From Camelus dromedarius (Eukaryota): DNA of 64,000 nt. The notes below the pieces were generated by a model. That model was given only the letters and a program-made list of their open reading frames with translations. It did no database searches and had not been told where the DNA came from. Below are positions 39,790 through 53,388 of this stretch, one piece after another (within the stretch, counting starts at the first letter, position 1; each line of letters begins with the position of its first letter). The translations under genes were made by a program, and so were the position numbers. The DNA lies in the NCBI RefSeq assembly GCF_036321535.1, contig NC_087437.1:22880001-22944000 (forward strand), read 5' to 3'.

Positions 39790-40490
39790 TTGTTTATATT
39801 TATTATTATTAAAAAATTTTAAACATACTAAAAAGTACAGAGAATACTATGTATAAACACCAAGATACCTCCTACTTGGACTTTATAATTGTTGAAACAT
39901 TTGTCATATTTCTATTTTTTTTCTGAAATCTTTAAAAATAAATTATAGGCTTCATGACATTTTATTCTTAAATACTTCAGAATGGATTTCTTAGAAAACG
40001 AAGGCAGTTCCCCACATAATTACAATTCATTGTTACAACTAAAAATACAATAATAATTGCCTTATACTATCTAGTACTGAACCCATATTCAAATTTCCTG
40101 TCTTGTCCCTAGTATGTCTTTTATAGCCAGTTACTGAAACCAGGATCCTAAGGAGGGACCATGGTGCATTCTGTTGTGATGTCCCTTGTTTATTTTTATC
40201 TACAACACCCACTTTTCCTCCCTCCTTCCCTTTCCATGATATTAACTTGTTGATGAGACTAGGCCAGTCATCTTGTGAAACCACCTGCTTTTTTAATTTA
40301 ATTGCTTCCTGGTGATGCTGCTTTAGCTTGTTCTTCTAGCTCCTGGTTTTCTACAAACCAGAAGTTTGATCTTTAGGAGTGATTGGATTCAAGTTGAACA
40401 TTTTTGACACAAATACTTTATGAGTAATGTCCCCTAGTTCCTACTGCATCCCATCAGGAGGTGCAAGATGTATGGTGGCCCCTCCACCAT
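39790..40490 (-). mobile_element. Old L1MC/ME 3' UTR fragment
   Basis: aattttaaacatac.aaaaagtacagagaata; ccatattcaaatttcc; gattggattcaagttgaacatttttg. Confidence 0.65.
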
Positions 40491-42980
40491 CCTGCCAGCA
40501 CTGATCCCTGAGTCCCTGAGGTCCCAGCCAGATCCTTCTCTACAAAGCCACATGCCTCCCAGCCAACCAACAGTCTCCACGGTGATACCTCCCCACCGCC
40601 AAGTAGCTGAATTTTAAGATTGATTATTTGTTTTTAAAATAGAATCCTCTATACCGTTCATATTTAAATATACTTCATTTTAGAAATCCCTTGGAGTATA
40701 TGAAAAATATCTTTGACTTTGAAATATAGCTACCCCAAATCAATATCCTATAAAGAGCGATACAAACACTGTATTAGACCAAGTGACTTAATAGATTAAT
40801 TCATTTTTCTTTTAGTATAAGCTCAGTTCTTTCAAAACTCTCTTTTACATACTGTTAAATAAAAATATTGCTATGGTTCATGCACGCTGCAGAACTGATG
40901 GCTTCTGCTGTGTAAGCGTCCTGGGGCCTTTGCACTGCTTCTTTCCTGGGGCTCACGAGAGTGGGCAGAACACAAGTGCCCTTGTGTGTGTTTTGCTGTG
41001 CCTCTCAAGGCTCGCCTTCTGCCAATCAAAACTTACTGTTCTGCTGTGCCAGGCTCTTACATCGGTTCCTGGGCTTTCGCCAGTTCCTAATCTTGGCAAT
41101 AGAACTTGTTCTACAAAAATTTGTGTTGCTACGTTTCCCACTCACTTTAAATTCAGGGCAAAAAATATAACTCTTTGATGTTTCTTTGGGGAGGATACTT
41201 AAATACTCCTTTCAGACTTTGGGCCCTGGGCACATGTACTTTGTGAAAAGTGCTAAAATTTATGCGATTTAAGTAAAGATCTAAATGAGTGCCTATAAGA
41301 ACAATTGATGGTGTGTATTTACTGTGGTTGTCATTCAGCATCATTTGCCTAATTAATGGAATACACGCTTGATTTATTGGTATTTTAGCGACATTTCAGA
41401 ATGCCATCCAGGATGTGGCCAGGCACTTGCTCTTGAATTTTATAATATTCTTAGTTACATTCTCCTTGGAAGTTACGTGCTTAAAACAAGTTGGGGAGTG
41501 GATTGATCACTTACTTGGTGTTTAATTTAGCAGATTTAAATCTCAGGATGCTTTGCCCTTGGGTGATTTTTGTACTAGAGAAAATACAGTCTTTTAAATA
41601 TGGATTGTTGGAAAAATGCAAGTTAGAAATACTAGAAATGTAGACAAAGAAGTAGGTAGAAGTAGAAATGTTTATTTTGCACAGTTATAAATAATCTGCT
41701 TTCCTTTTTAGAAATGCCTTTGACTGGAAAGGATTATATGGTGTATATTCTCCAAACTGTTATGTAAAATTTTATTTCTCCATGAGTTCTTAAGCTAAAA
41801 GCCAAAACAATGTTTTTTTGGGCTTAAGTGCATTGCTTGATCTTGCAAAGCCTATTTCATGGTCTGCTAGATTCTAGTGGAGATGGTTGGTAATGAGATA
41901 GTATTTATTTATATAGAAAATAAATTTACAACAGAATGCAAAAAGCGTGTAAGCAAACAGTACCAGCTTTAAAAAATTCATAGTGAGACCATATGAATGT
42001 TTCTAGTTTCTGCAAGGGAATGCTTTCTCCACACACACATCCTAGCTACCTTGTGCTCATACCTATAAACATATGTATATTCCTTCTACTCAAATGTACA
42101 TGAGTATTTTGGGGTATCATTGTGGGTGGTTCTTGCTATCTAATTTAAGCTGTACGATTCTTACTATCCCCAAAATTATTTATTCATCAGCTTGTTGCTT
42201 TCCTTGAAATCGATGAATAGCAAATGTTGGATTTATTTGCTTAAAGTAGGTTCTGGGCACCAGTTAAGTGATTTATATATTTTACCATCTAAGAACAGTG
42301 AAAGAAACTTTTATAGTGTCTTTTGGTGACCTTAGTAGCTGATGTGTTAATAACATTTCAGACTGACAATTTGTGGCAGGCTTCTTGCCCAAAGCTCTGT
42401 AGTGAATTATTGCTGCATTGCAGATTATGGTTTAATTCCTGAAAAAAAATGCCTTGTTGATGTTTGGGCTGCAGAATCCAAAACCACACTCTGTCTGCCG
42501 CATTTTGGAAAAATCATCCTCATGGATAGAACTTAATGTGATACACAAATATGCTTTTTTCCAAAAAACATAATGTGATACCTTGATTAGTGAAAACTCT
42601 GGGAACTAGTCTCCTTTATGGTGAAATTGCACTATTAAAACTGTGGGAAGAAAAGCTTTGCATGTGGTTAACTAGCTGGACAAATGACTCTACACAGCTT
42701 TTACTTGTCCTATCTAAATGCAGGCAGCTAGGGCTTCAAGGAACAAAATTGTGAGGCTTTCAAAATATGTCTTGCCTCCTTAAACCAGTGCCCTCCTGTA
42801 CTCTTTACTCTCACCTTTGCCTAAGAGGAAGTCTCACTTCCACCAGCTTTCCTAGCTGACTAAATTTTTTTTTTTTTGGGTACAACTATGTTTTTATCTC
42901 TGTGCAAGGCACTGTGATTTAAAAAATGAACAGGGCAGCACATATCTTACAGTACATAAAATATTTTTTTATCTCCTAAC

Positions 42981-44341
42981 TTTTTTTTAAACATTTTTAT
43001 TGATTTATAATCATTTTACAATGTTGTGTCAAATTCCAGTGTTCAGCACAATTTTTCAGTTATACAGAAACATATATATATTCATTGTCATATTTTTTTC
43101 TCTGTGAGCTACCATAAGATTTTGTGTATATTTCCCTGTGCTATACAGTATAACCTTGTTTATCTATTCTACAATTCTGAAATCCCGTCTATCCCTTCCC
43201 ACCCTCTGCCCCCTTGGCAACCACAAGTTTGTATTCTATGTCTATGAGTCTGTTTCTGTTTTGTATTTATGCTTTGTTTGTTTGATTCTTTGTTTCTTTG
43301 TTTGTTTTAGATTCCACATATGAGCAATCTCATAAGGTATTTTTCTTTCTTTTTCTGGCTTACTTCACTTAGAATGACATTCTCTAGGAGCATCCATGTT
43401 GCTGCAAATGGCATTATGTTGTCGGTTTTTATGGCTGAGTAGTATTCTATTGTATAAATATACCAGCTCTTCTTTATCCAGTCATCTGTTGATGGACATT
43501 TAGGCTGTTTCCATGTCTTGGCTATTGTAAATAGTTCTGCTATGAACATTGGGGTGCAGGTATCATCCTGAAGTAGGGTTCATTCTGGATATAAGCCCAG
43601 GAGTGGGATTCCTGGGTCATACAGTAAGTCTATTCCTAGTCTTTTGAGGAATCTCCACGGTTTTCCATAGTGGCTGCACCAAACTGCATTCCCACCAGCA
43701 GTGTAGGAGGGTTCCCCTTTCTCCACAGCCTCTCCAGCATTTGTCATTTGTGGATTTTTGAATGACGGCCATTCTGACTGGTGTGAGGTGATACCTCATT
43801 GTAGTTTTGATTTGCATTTCCCTGATAATTAGTGATATTGAGCATTTTTTCATGTGCCTTTTGGTCATTTGTGTGTCTTCCTTGGAGAATTGCTTGTTTA
43901 GGTCTTCTGCCCATTTTTCGATTGGGTTGTTTATTTTTTTCTTATTGAGTCATATGAGCCGCTTATATATTCTGGAGATCAAGCCTTTGTCGGTTTCATT
44001 TGCAAAAATTTTCTCCCATTCTGTAGGTTGTCTTTTTGTTTTACTTAGTTTCCTTTGCTGTGCAGAAGCTTGTAAGTTTCATTAGGTCCCATTTGTTTAT
44101 TCTTGCTTTTATTTCTTCTAGGAGAAAATTTTTGAAATGTATGTCAGATAATGTTTTGCCTATGTTTTCCTCTAGGAGGGTTATTGTATCTTGTCTTATG
44201 TTTAAGTCTTTGATCCATTTTGAGTTTATTTTTGTGTATGGTGTAAGGGAGTGTTCTAGCTTCATTGTTTTACATGCTGCTGTCCAGTTTTCCCAACACC
44301 ATTTGCTGAAGAGACTGTCTTTATTCCATTGTATATTCTTG
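42981..44341 (-). mobile_element. Relatively young 5'-truncated L1 (ORF2 C-terminus plus 3' UTR)
   Basis: Minus-strand ORF pieces [33 protein letters not shown] and MFIAELFTIAKTWKQPKCPS. Candidate 11-bp TSD aaatatttttt at 42959-42969 and 44345-44355. Confidence 0.95.
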
Positions 44342-44904
44342 ACTAAATATTTTTTGATGTGCAAGTTACAAAATGACAATCTATATCCTGAGTGTGGCTG
44401 GCAAAACTGTTTTGTCTGCCCTCACAGTGCTTTGTTTGTTGGCTTGAATGAATTAGTTACCAGTGTTTAAAAATACAAACATTTTACATAAATATGGTTC
44501 AGCATCTCTCTTGAAATATAAGAAGCTCTTGCAACATTTGTAACCATCTAGACTTTCCCTTAGCCACCCTTGGTTGAAGCTGGGGTATGTCTGTCCCCTC
44601 CACACAGGGGGCACCTTCTACACCAACCCCATTTTTCCCGCTCTTCAGCTGCCTCACTCATTTAAGTCCCCTGCTGACCCTTGTGAGCATTTGTTTTGTC
44701 TCTTGTATTTAATGACAATTTTACCCTCAATAGCACTTAAGTTTTACGAACTTGCATTTTATACATATACATTCAAATTGTGAAGGAAAAGATTTAGTTC
44801 CCTCTTTAAAGAATATCAGACCTTGGGAAGTAGGTATGTAACAGTCTTAAGTTGTGAGGTCTCTGGGTTATGAAAGTAAAGTTGAGTAACTTGTATTAAA
44901 AATA

Positions 44905-45565
44905 GGATTGGGGTTGTAGGTGGAGGAAAGAAATAGCTGAAGCTGATTAAAAGGTACAAACTGCCAGTTGCAAAATAAACAAGTCACGGGTATGAAGTGT
45001 ACAGTGTGGGCAATATAGTCAATAACTATGCGTGATCTTTGTGTGGTGACATATCAACTGGACATATCGTGGTGATCATTTTGAAATATATAGAAATATT
45101 GAATCACTATATTAAGTAACAGGAACTAACATAGTGTTATAGGTCACTTATACTTAAAAAATAAAAAAGCATAGAAAAAGAGATGAGATTTGTGGTTACA
45201 AGAGGTGGGGGGAATGCGGGGAAGGGGAATTGAATGAAGGCAGTCAGAAGGTACAGACTTCCAGTTACAGGATAGATAGGTACTAGGGATGTAATGTACA
45301 ACATGGTAAATATAATTAACACGGCTCTATGTTATAAATGAAGGTTTTTAACGCTTAGTAAATCCTACGAATTCCCATCACGGGAAAAATTTTTTTTTCG
45401 ATTTCTTTGTTTTTGTATCCATATGAGTTGATGGATGCTCCCTAAACATTGTGGCAATCATTCCATGATGTATGTAAGTCAAATCATTATGCTGTACACC
45501 TTAAACTTACATACTGCTGTATGTCAACTATATCTCAATAAAACTGGGGAAAATGAAAAAAAAAT
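44905..45565 (+). mobile_element. L1 3' UTR (L1MA9-related) with two successive 3'-end-like modules
   Basis: aaggtacaaactgccagtt at ~44951 and aaggtacagacttccagtt at ~45248. Ends tatctcaataaaactggg plus an A tract. Confidence 0.8.
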
Positions 45566-47119
45566 ACAAATAGGAGGGGAGGAATGATACTTCCATTTTT
45601 TTCCCCTAGAATACTCCTCCCAGTCTCTCCCTCTCTTTCCACTCCTCTGGGTTACCAGTGGCACATACTGGGGTGGCTGGAGTTAGATGAAACTGTGTCC
45701 TTTGTTACAGGGTTTTACTGAAAGGTGCACTGTCCTGCTCTTCAACAGATCACCTGGTGAACCTTTTCCAATCAACCTTTCCCCAAACCTTTCTCAATTA
45801 CAGGCTTAATACTGGGTTTCTTTCCTCTAATCCTTTAGCATGATTTCTCACCATTTACTTCTACACTGAATCGTAGGAGGCATATTTAATGTTTCCCAGC
45901 AGATTTGGTGCTATTTTCTTTAGTCTTTTGTCATGTTTTTATATTATTTGTCATATTTCTACCCTCCCACATGAAGTTCTGAAGCTGACACCTCAATCTT
46001 TTGTATTTTTTTCTGGCTTGCTTATGAAATGTCTGATGAATATAAGTGTGTCATTGGAACACATTCTCTTCATTAATAGAAGTATTACCGCAAGCCTGTG
46101 TTAATGTCCCACTGGAAGTAAGCCTGCAGGAATGCTCATGTTTTCAACAGGTTTTATTTGCTGAATTTCTCCCTGGTGCATTCTTTCAGAGTAAAGTAAG
46201 AAAAATGCATTTTTATGCCTGACATTTAGGTTTTATTTTAAAACTGCCCATTGTTTTTATACACAGTTGTATATACTGCTGCCTAAGGCTGCTTTGTAAA
46301 ATTGCTTGTTCCTGAAACCTGTTGATCATAAAGTTATCACTTTGGGCTTTTCTGTTCTGCTCCAAGTTGGGTTTTCTGGTGAGCAACGAATGTAGTCAGA
46401 CCAGCCTGAGAGCATTCTTTCAGTCTACCCAAGATGGGTTCTTGTACTATGCTTTCCGGCCTATCCATTGGGCTGTATGGTAATGGGATTTTACTAATCT
46501 AATATTTGTCAGGGGCATTGCATAAAAATAATGTCCTGAGAGGGAGAATATTTCTTTCTTGTACAAGCTTAGAGACAGAGGCTTACTACTGGACTGTGTC
46601 AGAATATGGCGTGCTCAGAGTCAGGCCCAATGGCCATACAGATCCCAGTGCAGATGCAGGAATGTGAACTGGGAGGTCCAGGAAAAGCATGTGTAGGACC
46701 AGGGAGAGGACATGTGATGGGGAGAGAGGTTTTTTAAAGCAAAAACCTCAAAGGAAGTTTGAGGGATATTCCTTTAATTAATCCACTTTTACCATCCATT
46801 TTACCTACTTCTTAAATATGTAGACATTCCCAAGAGTTTTATCCACAGTCACACTCTCAGCAAAAACTCAGTTGATACAGGCAGGGCATTGGGTCCCAAG
46901 GGTTCTTGGGGCCCATTTTAGTAAAATTTTCAATTGTATTGGTTGTGGTCATTAACTAGACAATTACATTTAGAGAGCATTATGATACCAAAAAATTGCA
47001 TCAGAGCAAAATTTAATATTTTGGCTGCATTTTATTAAAATGTATAAAAATCTCAATATGGTATCCAAAGCTGCATGCCACTGGACTGCTTCTTTTTGTC
47101 TTTTCCCTTGATGAGGGAG

Positions 47120-48037
47120 TGTGAAGTAATAGAAAAAATATATAATAAAAATATAAATCTCTCTTTAAAAAAAAAAAACAAAAAACACGGCCTGTGGTTC
47201 CTGACATGGGGCTCCTAAGACACTTGTAATTTCCTAAGTGATAAGAGCACTAGGAGGATGTTTTGTTCTTACACTTTGGTCTTTGACATCAGTTCCTGAT
47301 ACAAAACTCCTAAATCCCTTGGAATTTCTTGGGTGATAGGAGAGTCCTTTGTTCTAATGACTCTTGGTGGGCTCCTACATGGGGGCTGGTCACCAAAAAG
47401 ACCAAGCAGTAATTAGAAGCTTGGAACTTTTAGCCCCACCCCCCACCTTCTGGGAAGGAGACAGGAGCTGGAGATTGAGTTAACGTTCCATCATGCCTGT
47501 ATGATGAAGCATCCATAAAAAAAGCTCAGTACTACAGAGATCAAAGAGCTTTTGGGTTGGTGAGCACATCTACATGTCAGAAGGGAGGCACATCCCAACT
47601 CCACGAGGACAGAATTTCTGCACTGCAGACCCTTCTGGGTCTCACCCTATATGTCTCTTCATCTGGCTGTTCATTTTTATCCTTTATAATAATCCTGTAA
47701 ATGTTAAGTAATCCCTGAGTTCCATGAGTTATTCTAACAAATTATGGAATCCAAGACGGGGTAGTGAGAACCCTGATCTACAGACAGTGGGTCAGAAGTA
47801 CAGGTAACAATCTGGGACTTGCAATTAGTGTCTGAAGTGGAGGCAGTCTTGTGGAACTGAGTCCTTAATTTGTGAGATCTGATGCTAACTTCAGATAGAC
47901 AGTGTCAGAATTGAATTGGCTTATAAGGACCCAGCTGGTGTTGCTGAGTTGCTTAATGTGTGGAAAACCCACACATCTGGTGTCAGAAGTGTTGTAAGTG
48001 TGTGAGCAAAGGAAAACACAAGAATGTTTTTCCTAGA
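47120..48037 (+). mobile_element. MER21-like solo LTR
   Basis: ctcctaaatcccttggaatttc; gggggctggtcacc; ctcttcatctggctgttcat; acagtgtcagaattgaattg; catctggtgtcagaagtg. Confidence 0.8.
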
Positions 48038-48884
48038 TAATGGGAAAAGTTACCTGTGAATTTTTGCTTATTATATGCCACCCACCTTTGAAGACACAGA
48101 TCAAATGGCCCCGATTCCATGAAGTTTTCAAGAGCATCTCATCAGAAGTAATCTGTTCCTCCTTTATTTTCCCTACAGTATTTTAATATATCTATTTTGT
48201 CACTTTCCATTTGCCTTATGTTTGTGATTGCTTGTGTCTCTATCTTAATTCTCACAAAAGATATACGTATATATACACACACACATATTTTATATATATA
48301 TGCACAAATATAAATAAAATCTAACATTATATATTTATTATATAATATCATAAAAGAGTTTTTATATGTAGAGAGGACTGACAGGTTGTTCATCTTTTTA
48401 TTTTCTGTAGTACTTAACACAGTGCCTTAAGCCGAATAAACGCTCAATAAATGTTTGTAAAGTTATAGATCTTTGGAATTGCAACTTGCCAAAAAAATTA
48501 ATTTGACATCTGAAATATGATGTAGAAGAAAAATATTTGGGAAGAAGTTTTAGAATTGGACTTTTGAGAATGTGGTCATTTAGAGTAAATCATGAAGAAA
48601 ATACAAATTTGAAAGAGTTGGAACAGTATCAATGTGAGATTCAGGGTATAAGGAAGAACTTGGGCTGAAAATATCAGTATTTCTGATTGGCTAATCAGAA
48701 CAGGTTTCTGATTGGCTCAGTAATTCTCAGCATGTATGTGTTTCACTTCAGGGAAATGCACCAATTTGTGCAGTGCAATTTAAGCACTGTGATTCAGCTA
48801 TTATCTCAGGCATAATGGATATTGTGCAAAATGAAAAAGAAAATCTCTTACAACATCATATATACCCACTGTGGGGGGGGAATA

Positions 48885-48886
<2 letters not shown>

Positions 48887-48944
<58 letters not shown>
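48887..48944. repeat. (AC)29 perfect microsatellite
   Basis: Read directly from the sequence. Confidence 0.97.
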
Positions 48945-48947
<3 letters not shown>

Positions 48948-48983
48948 TTAGTAGAAAAGTTTTTAAGCGTTCTTTCAGAATCA

Positions 48984-49353
48984 TGCAGTCTTAGTTCATT
49001 CTGGCTGCCGAAACAAAAACACCATTGACTGGGTGGCTTATAAACAACTGAAATATATTTTTTACAGTTCCAGAGGCTGAGAAGTCCTAGGTCAAGGTGC
49101 CAGCAGACTCTGTCTGGTGAGGACCTGCTTCATGGTATGCAGACAGCCACCTTCTCGCTGTAACCTCACATGGCTGAAGGGGCAAGAGAGCTCTCTGGGG
49201 CCTCTTTTATAAGCGCTCTAATTCCATTCATGAGGGCTCCACCTGTATGACCTAATCACCTCCCACATGTCTCATCTCCAAACATTATCACATTGGGCAT
49301 TAGGCTTTAATATATAAGTTTTAGGGGGACACAAACATTCAGTCTAAAACACA
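48984..49353 (-). mobile_element. MLT1A/MST-like MaLR solo LTR
   Basis: gtcttagttcatt.tggctgc; tcaaggtgccagcaga; atgacctaatcacctccca; gggggacacaaacattcagtc. Confidence 0.85.
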
Positions 49354-49519
49354 CATCATCTGCATATAGTCACCATTAATATTTTGGCATTTTATTTCCA
49401 ATTATATTTTCATGCATACATATGCTTAAGCATACATTTGGAAGACGATGAAATTATCTCATTTCTGTTATTGTATCAAGTCACAGAAAGGACAGATGCT
49501 CAAGGTCTTTATTGATTTT

Positions 49520-50020
49520 TTAAGAAGTTTTTATTACAAAAAATTCAAAATATATGTAAAGGGAGTCATAATAGTATTATGAATCTCCATCCCCAGCTTT
49601 AACAATTATCTTGTGACCAATCTTGTTTCATCTATACCCTCACCCATTTCCCCCTCCCCCCTCCTATGTTATCTGAAGCAAATCCTTGATGCTAGTATGT
49701 GTGTCTGAAAGACAAGAATTCTTTTTTTAAGTATAACCACAAAACATTATCAGAAACAAGTATAATTAAGAATATTCCTTCTTGCTGTCAATATTCAGTG
49801 TTCAAGTTTCCAAGTGTCTCATAAATGCCAAAGTTTTTTTGTATTTATTTACAGTTTTACTTGAATTTATTTAACTTATTTAAATCAGGTCCACACATTG
49901 TGATCAGTATGATTTTAAGCCTCTCTTATTCTATGGGTTTTGTATCATTTCTCTTTTTTCTTGTGATTTATTTGTTGAAGAAACCACATCATCTCTCCTC
50001 TACTTTCCTATAGTGAGTTC
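49520..50020 (-). mobile_element. L1MC-like 3' UTR fragment
   Basis: ccagctttaacaattatc..gaccaatcttgtttcatctatacc; atttgttgaagaaacc. Confidence 0.6.
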
Positions 50021-50999
50021 TTTATTGATTTTGATTCAAATAAAACCTCAGAGCTTACAGCTACCTCTGATCTAACATCAGAAGAAAAGGAATTAGAATT
50101 TATGGGCAGATGTACACGTACATGGGTAAGCCATGTATAGTGTCTGAAGGATAACTTCTGTGTATTGAAGTTTCATTGGTATTAAAATCATACCCATATG
50201 ATCATGAAATTCCAAACACAAATTCATGAGTTTTTTTTTCAGAAATTAAATGCTAGGAAGGATATAGTCCTTGAATGGAGTAATTATACTACTGTATCAA
50301 ACCTCTAGAAGTATTTGCTAAGAAAATCCAGTGCCATGGGTTTGAAGTCAATAATAAGCATAGTTTACTGGTTTTTTTTCTATAATAAGCTTGCATAAAG
50401 ACAAAAGGAAGCGGTGTACAATGAATAAAAAACTCATGCTGATTCAGGTGATAGGGATTTGTTGTCAGGATACATGGGAAATGGTAGAGGAATAGAGGGT
50501 TCCCTGTGCAATCCTGGAGGACTGGGAACAACCATATGGTCAGTACACAGGGCAAGGCAGTGATCTGGCAGCTGACCTCCCGCTCTCCTGGAGACCCGGG
50601 GCAGCTCTGGAAACTGTACTCATAGAGCTAGCATGCTTACTCTGGAGGGGCTCCACGTGACAGTGACCCATCAGGCACCTTCTCTGCTTCTGTTGCTCTT
50701 GCCTGTTAGTTGAGTTCTCTCCACTCTCCTCATAGAGGCATGGTTTTTGATGCCCTGTGTCTTCTACCACCTCATGACTTCTACAGACATACAGCTTCTT
50801 CTCACCACTTTCATTCTGGGTGTCTCTCTGCTTCTAATTCTGCTACCCACTCCTAACTCTCTGTGCTTTGCATTCAAGCACCCATGCCAGAGACTCTGAT
50901 TCAGTTACTCCCCATTGTCCTTTTCCTGCAGAACATGAGCATCAGGTATGTTTTCAGTTTTACTTTCTGATTAATTCTCTCTCTTTCTATTCTCCCTAC

Positions 51000-51790
51000 T
51001 TTAGCTAGTGGTATCAGTGATCTAGACCACAAATCTGTGACTCATCCTTTTTCTCGTCGCATCTAACCAAATGATCAGCAACTCCTATCGATTCTATTGC
51101 ACGAAGTGCTCCCAAAGCATCTTCTTGGTCTCCTTGGTGACTCTCTTATCGTCTTCCATTAGGATTATCCCAGTACTCCCCTAGCAGTGTTCCCACCTCT
51201 AATTTCTCCCTTTACTCCAACCTCCACATTACAGCAAGAGTGACCTTTCAAAACTGCAACTTTTTAGAAGTGTTATTTGGGGCTTGATTTTAAACTTAAA
51301 AAATGTCTCCTGTTTGTCTGCGGGATAAAATATAAACTCCTTAGCATGCCCTCCAGGGTTCTTCACAAGTCATGCCTATTCTCCTCTCCAGCCTTCTCTC
51401 AGGGGTGCTGTTCTCAAGTAACTAAGAATTATCAGCAGTCCCACAAACAGATTATTGCCTTTCATCCCTCTATGCCCCTTCTCGTGCTGTTCCTACTCGA
51501 CATATGGACACCTTCTGCCTCCCTTCTCCAGCTATTAAAATTCCATTGCTCTTCAAGGCAAAACTAAAGGTCACCTCATCAGTGCTTGCCTCCAGGATGA
51601 TGGAGCTGTTCATCTGTAGTATTTCCACAGCATTTTATATGCCTGTATCAGACCACAAGTCCCAGTGTTCTGTCAGTGTTTACTCCTATGACTGCTTCCG
51701 CCACTGCTGTGGGACCTCTTTTAGGATGTATTCCAGGACTTATGTTGGTCTCCCCTGATGAGTGCAGGATCTGACACATAGTAGGCATAT
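51000..51790 (+). mobile_element. Degenerate L2 fragment
   Basis: cagcaagagtgacctttcaaaac; ggataaaatataaactccttagcatg; ctgacacatagtaggc. Confidence 0.55.
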
Positions 51791-52649
51791 ACTAGCAAGA
51801 GTATTGTGTATTGCTGTATGATAGTAACTGAAATTATCCTGTCTGCTGCAGTGCTGAAAGCTCTTTGTTTCTGTAAAGGATACAAGATATCAAGGCATCA
51901 TTTCTGAAACATTACCTTGCTGAAAGATGTATAAAACAGAATTGCTGCCAGTGGCAACTCTAGCTAAAGAGGAAATCCATTCTTATTAAACTTCACTAAA
52001 TACCTTACCAGCAGCAATCACAAGAACTTCTGCTTAGGAAGAAGGATCTTTTATTCTTTTGTGAGTGAAAGTTACCACTTTCTGATTAGAAAAAAAAAAA
52101 ACCACACTGAAATTTATGTTGTCATCTGAGAAGTAACGTTCTGCTTTCTGCCCATTTGTGTTTTTCCTCCCCTGTAGAAGAGATAAATGAGATACTTTTG
52201 AATCTGTGGGAAGTGATTTGGCAGCAGGTCTTGAATGAGGAGAATCATAAATATTATAATTCTTTGAGCCTTCAATACTCATGACCAACAATTACAAGCT
52301 CCTTCAAGAATTTCAGTACTAAGCTGTTCTAACTCCAGAAACTCCTTTCTATCCCTATGTCACATGCCTCTCAAGTGATTGTCTTAGTATCATTACCCAA
52401 GGGTGGGGAGAGGGAAGTAGATTGTTTTGAAAATTTGAGATTTTAAAGAAGATTTAATTTTCTTTAACTAGCCCTTTTATTTTTTCATGTAAAATTACAA
52501 TTTGAGTTCTTCAGATAGCTGACTTCATCTTTCATGTGACTTTATGTAACTGCTAAAAACTCAAAAGCAAACAAAGAAACTGCATCATGATTCACTTTAT
52601 TTTCATTAGCTACAGCTTCCTATGGTAGTTAAGGAGTTGTAGCGGTAGG

Positions 52650-52850
52650 TTTATATTTTAATTCTGTGACTCAACTACGTGTGTGACTTGTGACAAGTTA
52701 CATCACCTCTCTGTGCCTCAGTTTTGTCTGTAAAATGAAAATTGTAAGAACATCTACTTCATAGGGAGTTGTGGATTCAGTGAGTTGTTATTTACAGGTT
52801 GCTTAGAATGGAGCCTAGAACACAGCAAGTGTTGTGTGAGTGTTCATAAA
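52650..52850 (+). mobile_element. MIR SINE
   Basis: Core gtgtgacttg.gacaagttac..cacctctctgtgcctcagttt..tctgtaaaatg. Confidence 0.8.
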
Positions 52851-52919
52851 AAATATATAAATATTCCCATAGGAGTGGATAGTGGATGTGAATGTTTTCT
52901 GTCATGTGCACTTTGGTAA

Positions 52920-53388
52920 TGTCAACGAAAAAAATAATCAGTCAATCTAAGAATGAAGTGGAAAATTTTATTCTAGCCAAAATGAGGCTTATAACCTGAG
53001 AACAGCATCTCAGCTCCAAGAACTGTTTCACCCATTGGAAGTCAAGGCACAGTGATATAAGCTTTTTGAGACAGAGGACTGTATGTTAAATGACATATTA
53101 TTGAAAATTTACACAATCCAGACCTAAGCCTCTTGGTGGACCCTTACAAGATCAAGAAGGAATGTTATCTTTTAAGGAGTTGTCTTGTTCTCAGAGAATG
53201 TTGCCCTTAATGGTTGAACAGGTATTTCTGCCAATGGGGGAGGTTTGATTGCTGCACAGTGTGGATATGCAGTGCATGGGGTGGGGGGTTGGGGGGCGGT
53301 TGGAGAAAGGAGACCAAAGGACAGAGAAGATTTTTTTTTATATTTAAATTTTTCTTGTCTTGCCATAAGATATGAATTTAACTTCACA
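52920..53388 (-). mobile_element. Solo ERV1-class LTR (469 bp), same family as 22095-22542
   Basis: TG...CA termini, near-perfect 4-bp TSD gtaa/gtag. The reverse complement shares ggcaagacaagaaaaatttaaat with the 22.1-kb copy. Confidence 0.82.

Noticed and set aside
43307..44470. Several 80-144 aa ORFs on both strands
   Set aside because: Frameshifted L1 ORF2 fragments and their antisense frames, not a host gene or an intact L1.
48773..49028. His/Thr-repeat ORFs
   Set aside because: Translation of the (AC)n microsatellite.
22095..53388. Two related LTRs as the ends of one provirus
   Set aside because: They are in opposite orientation with different flanks, and there is no gag/pol/env between them.
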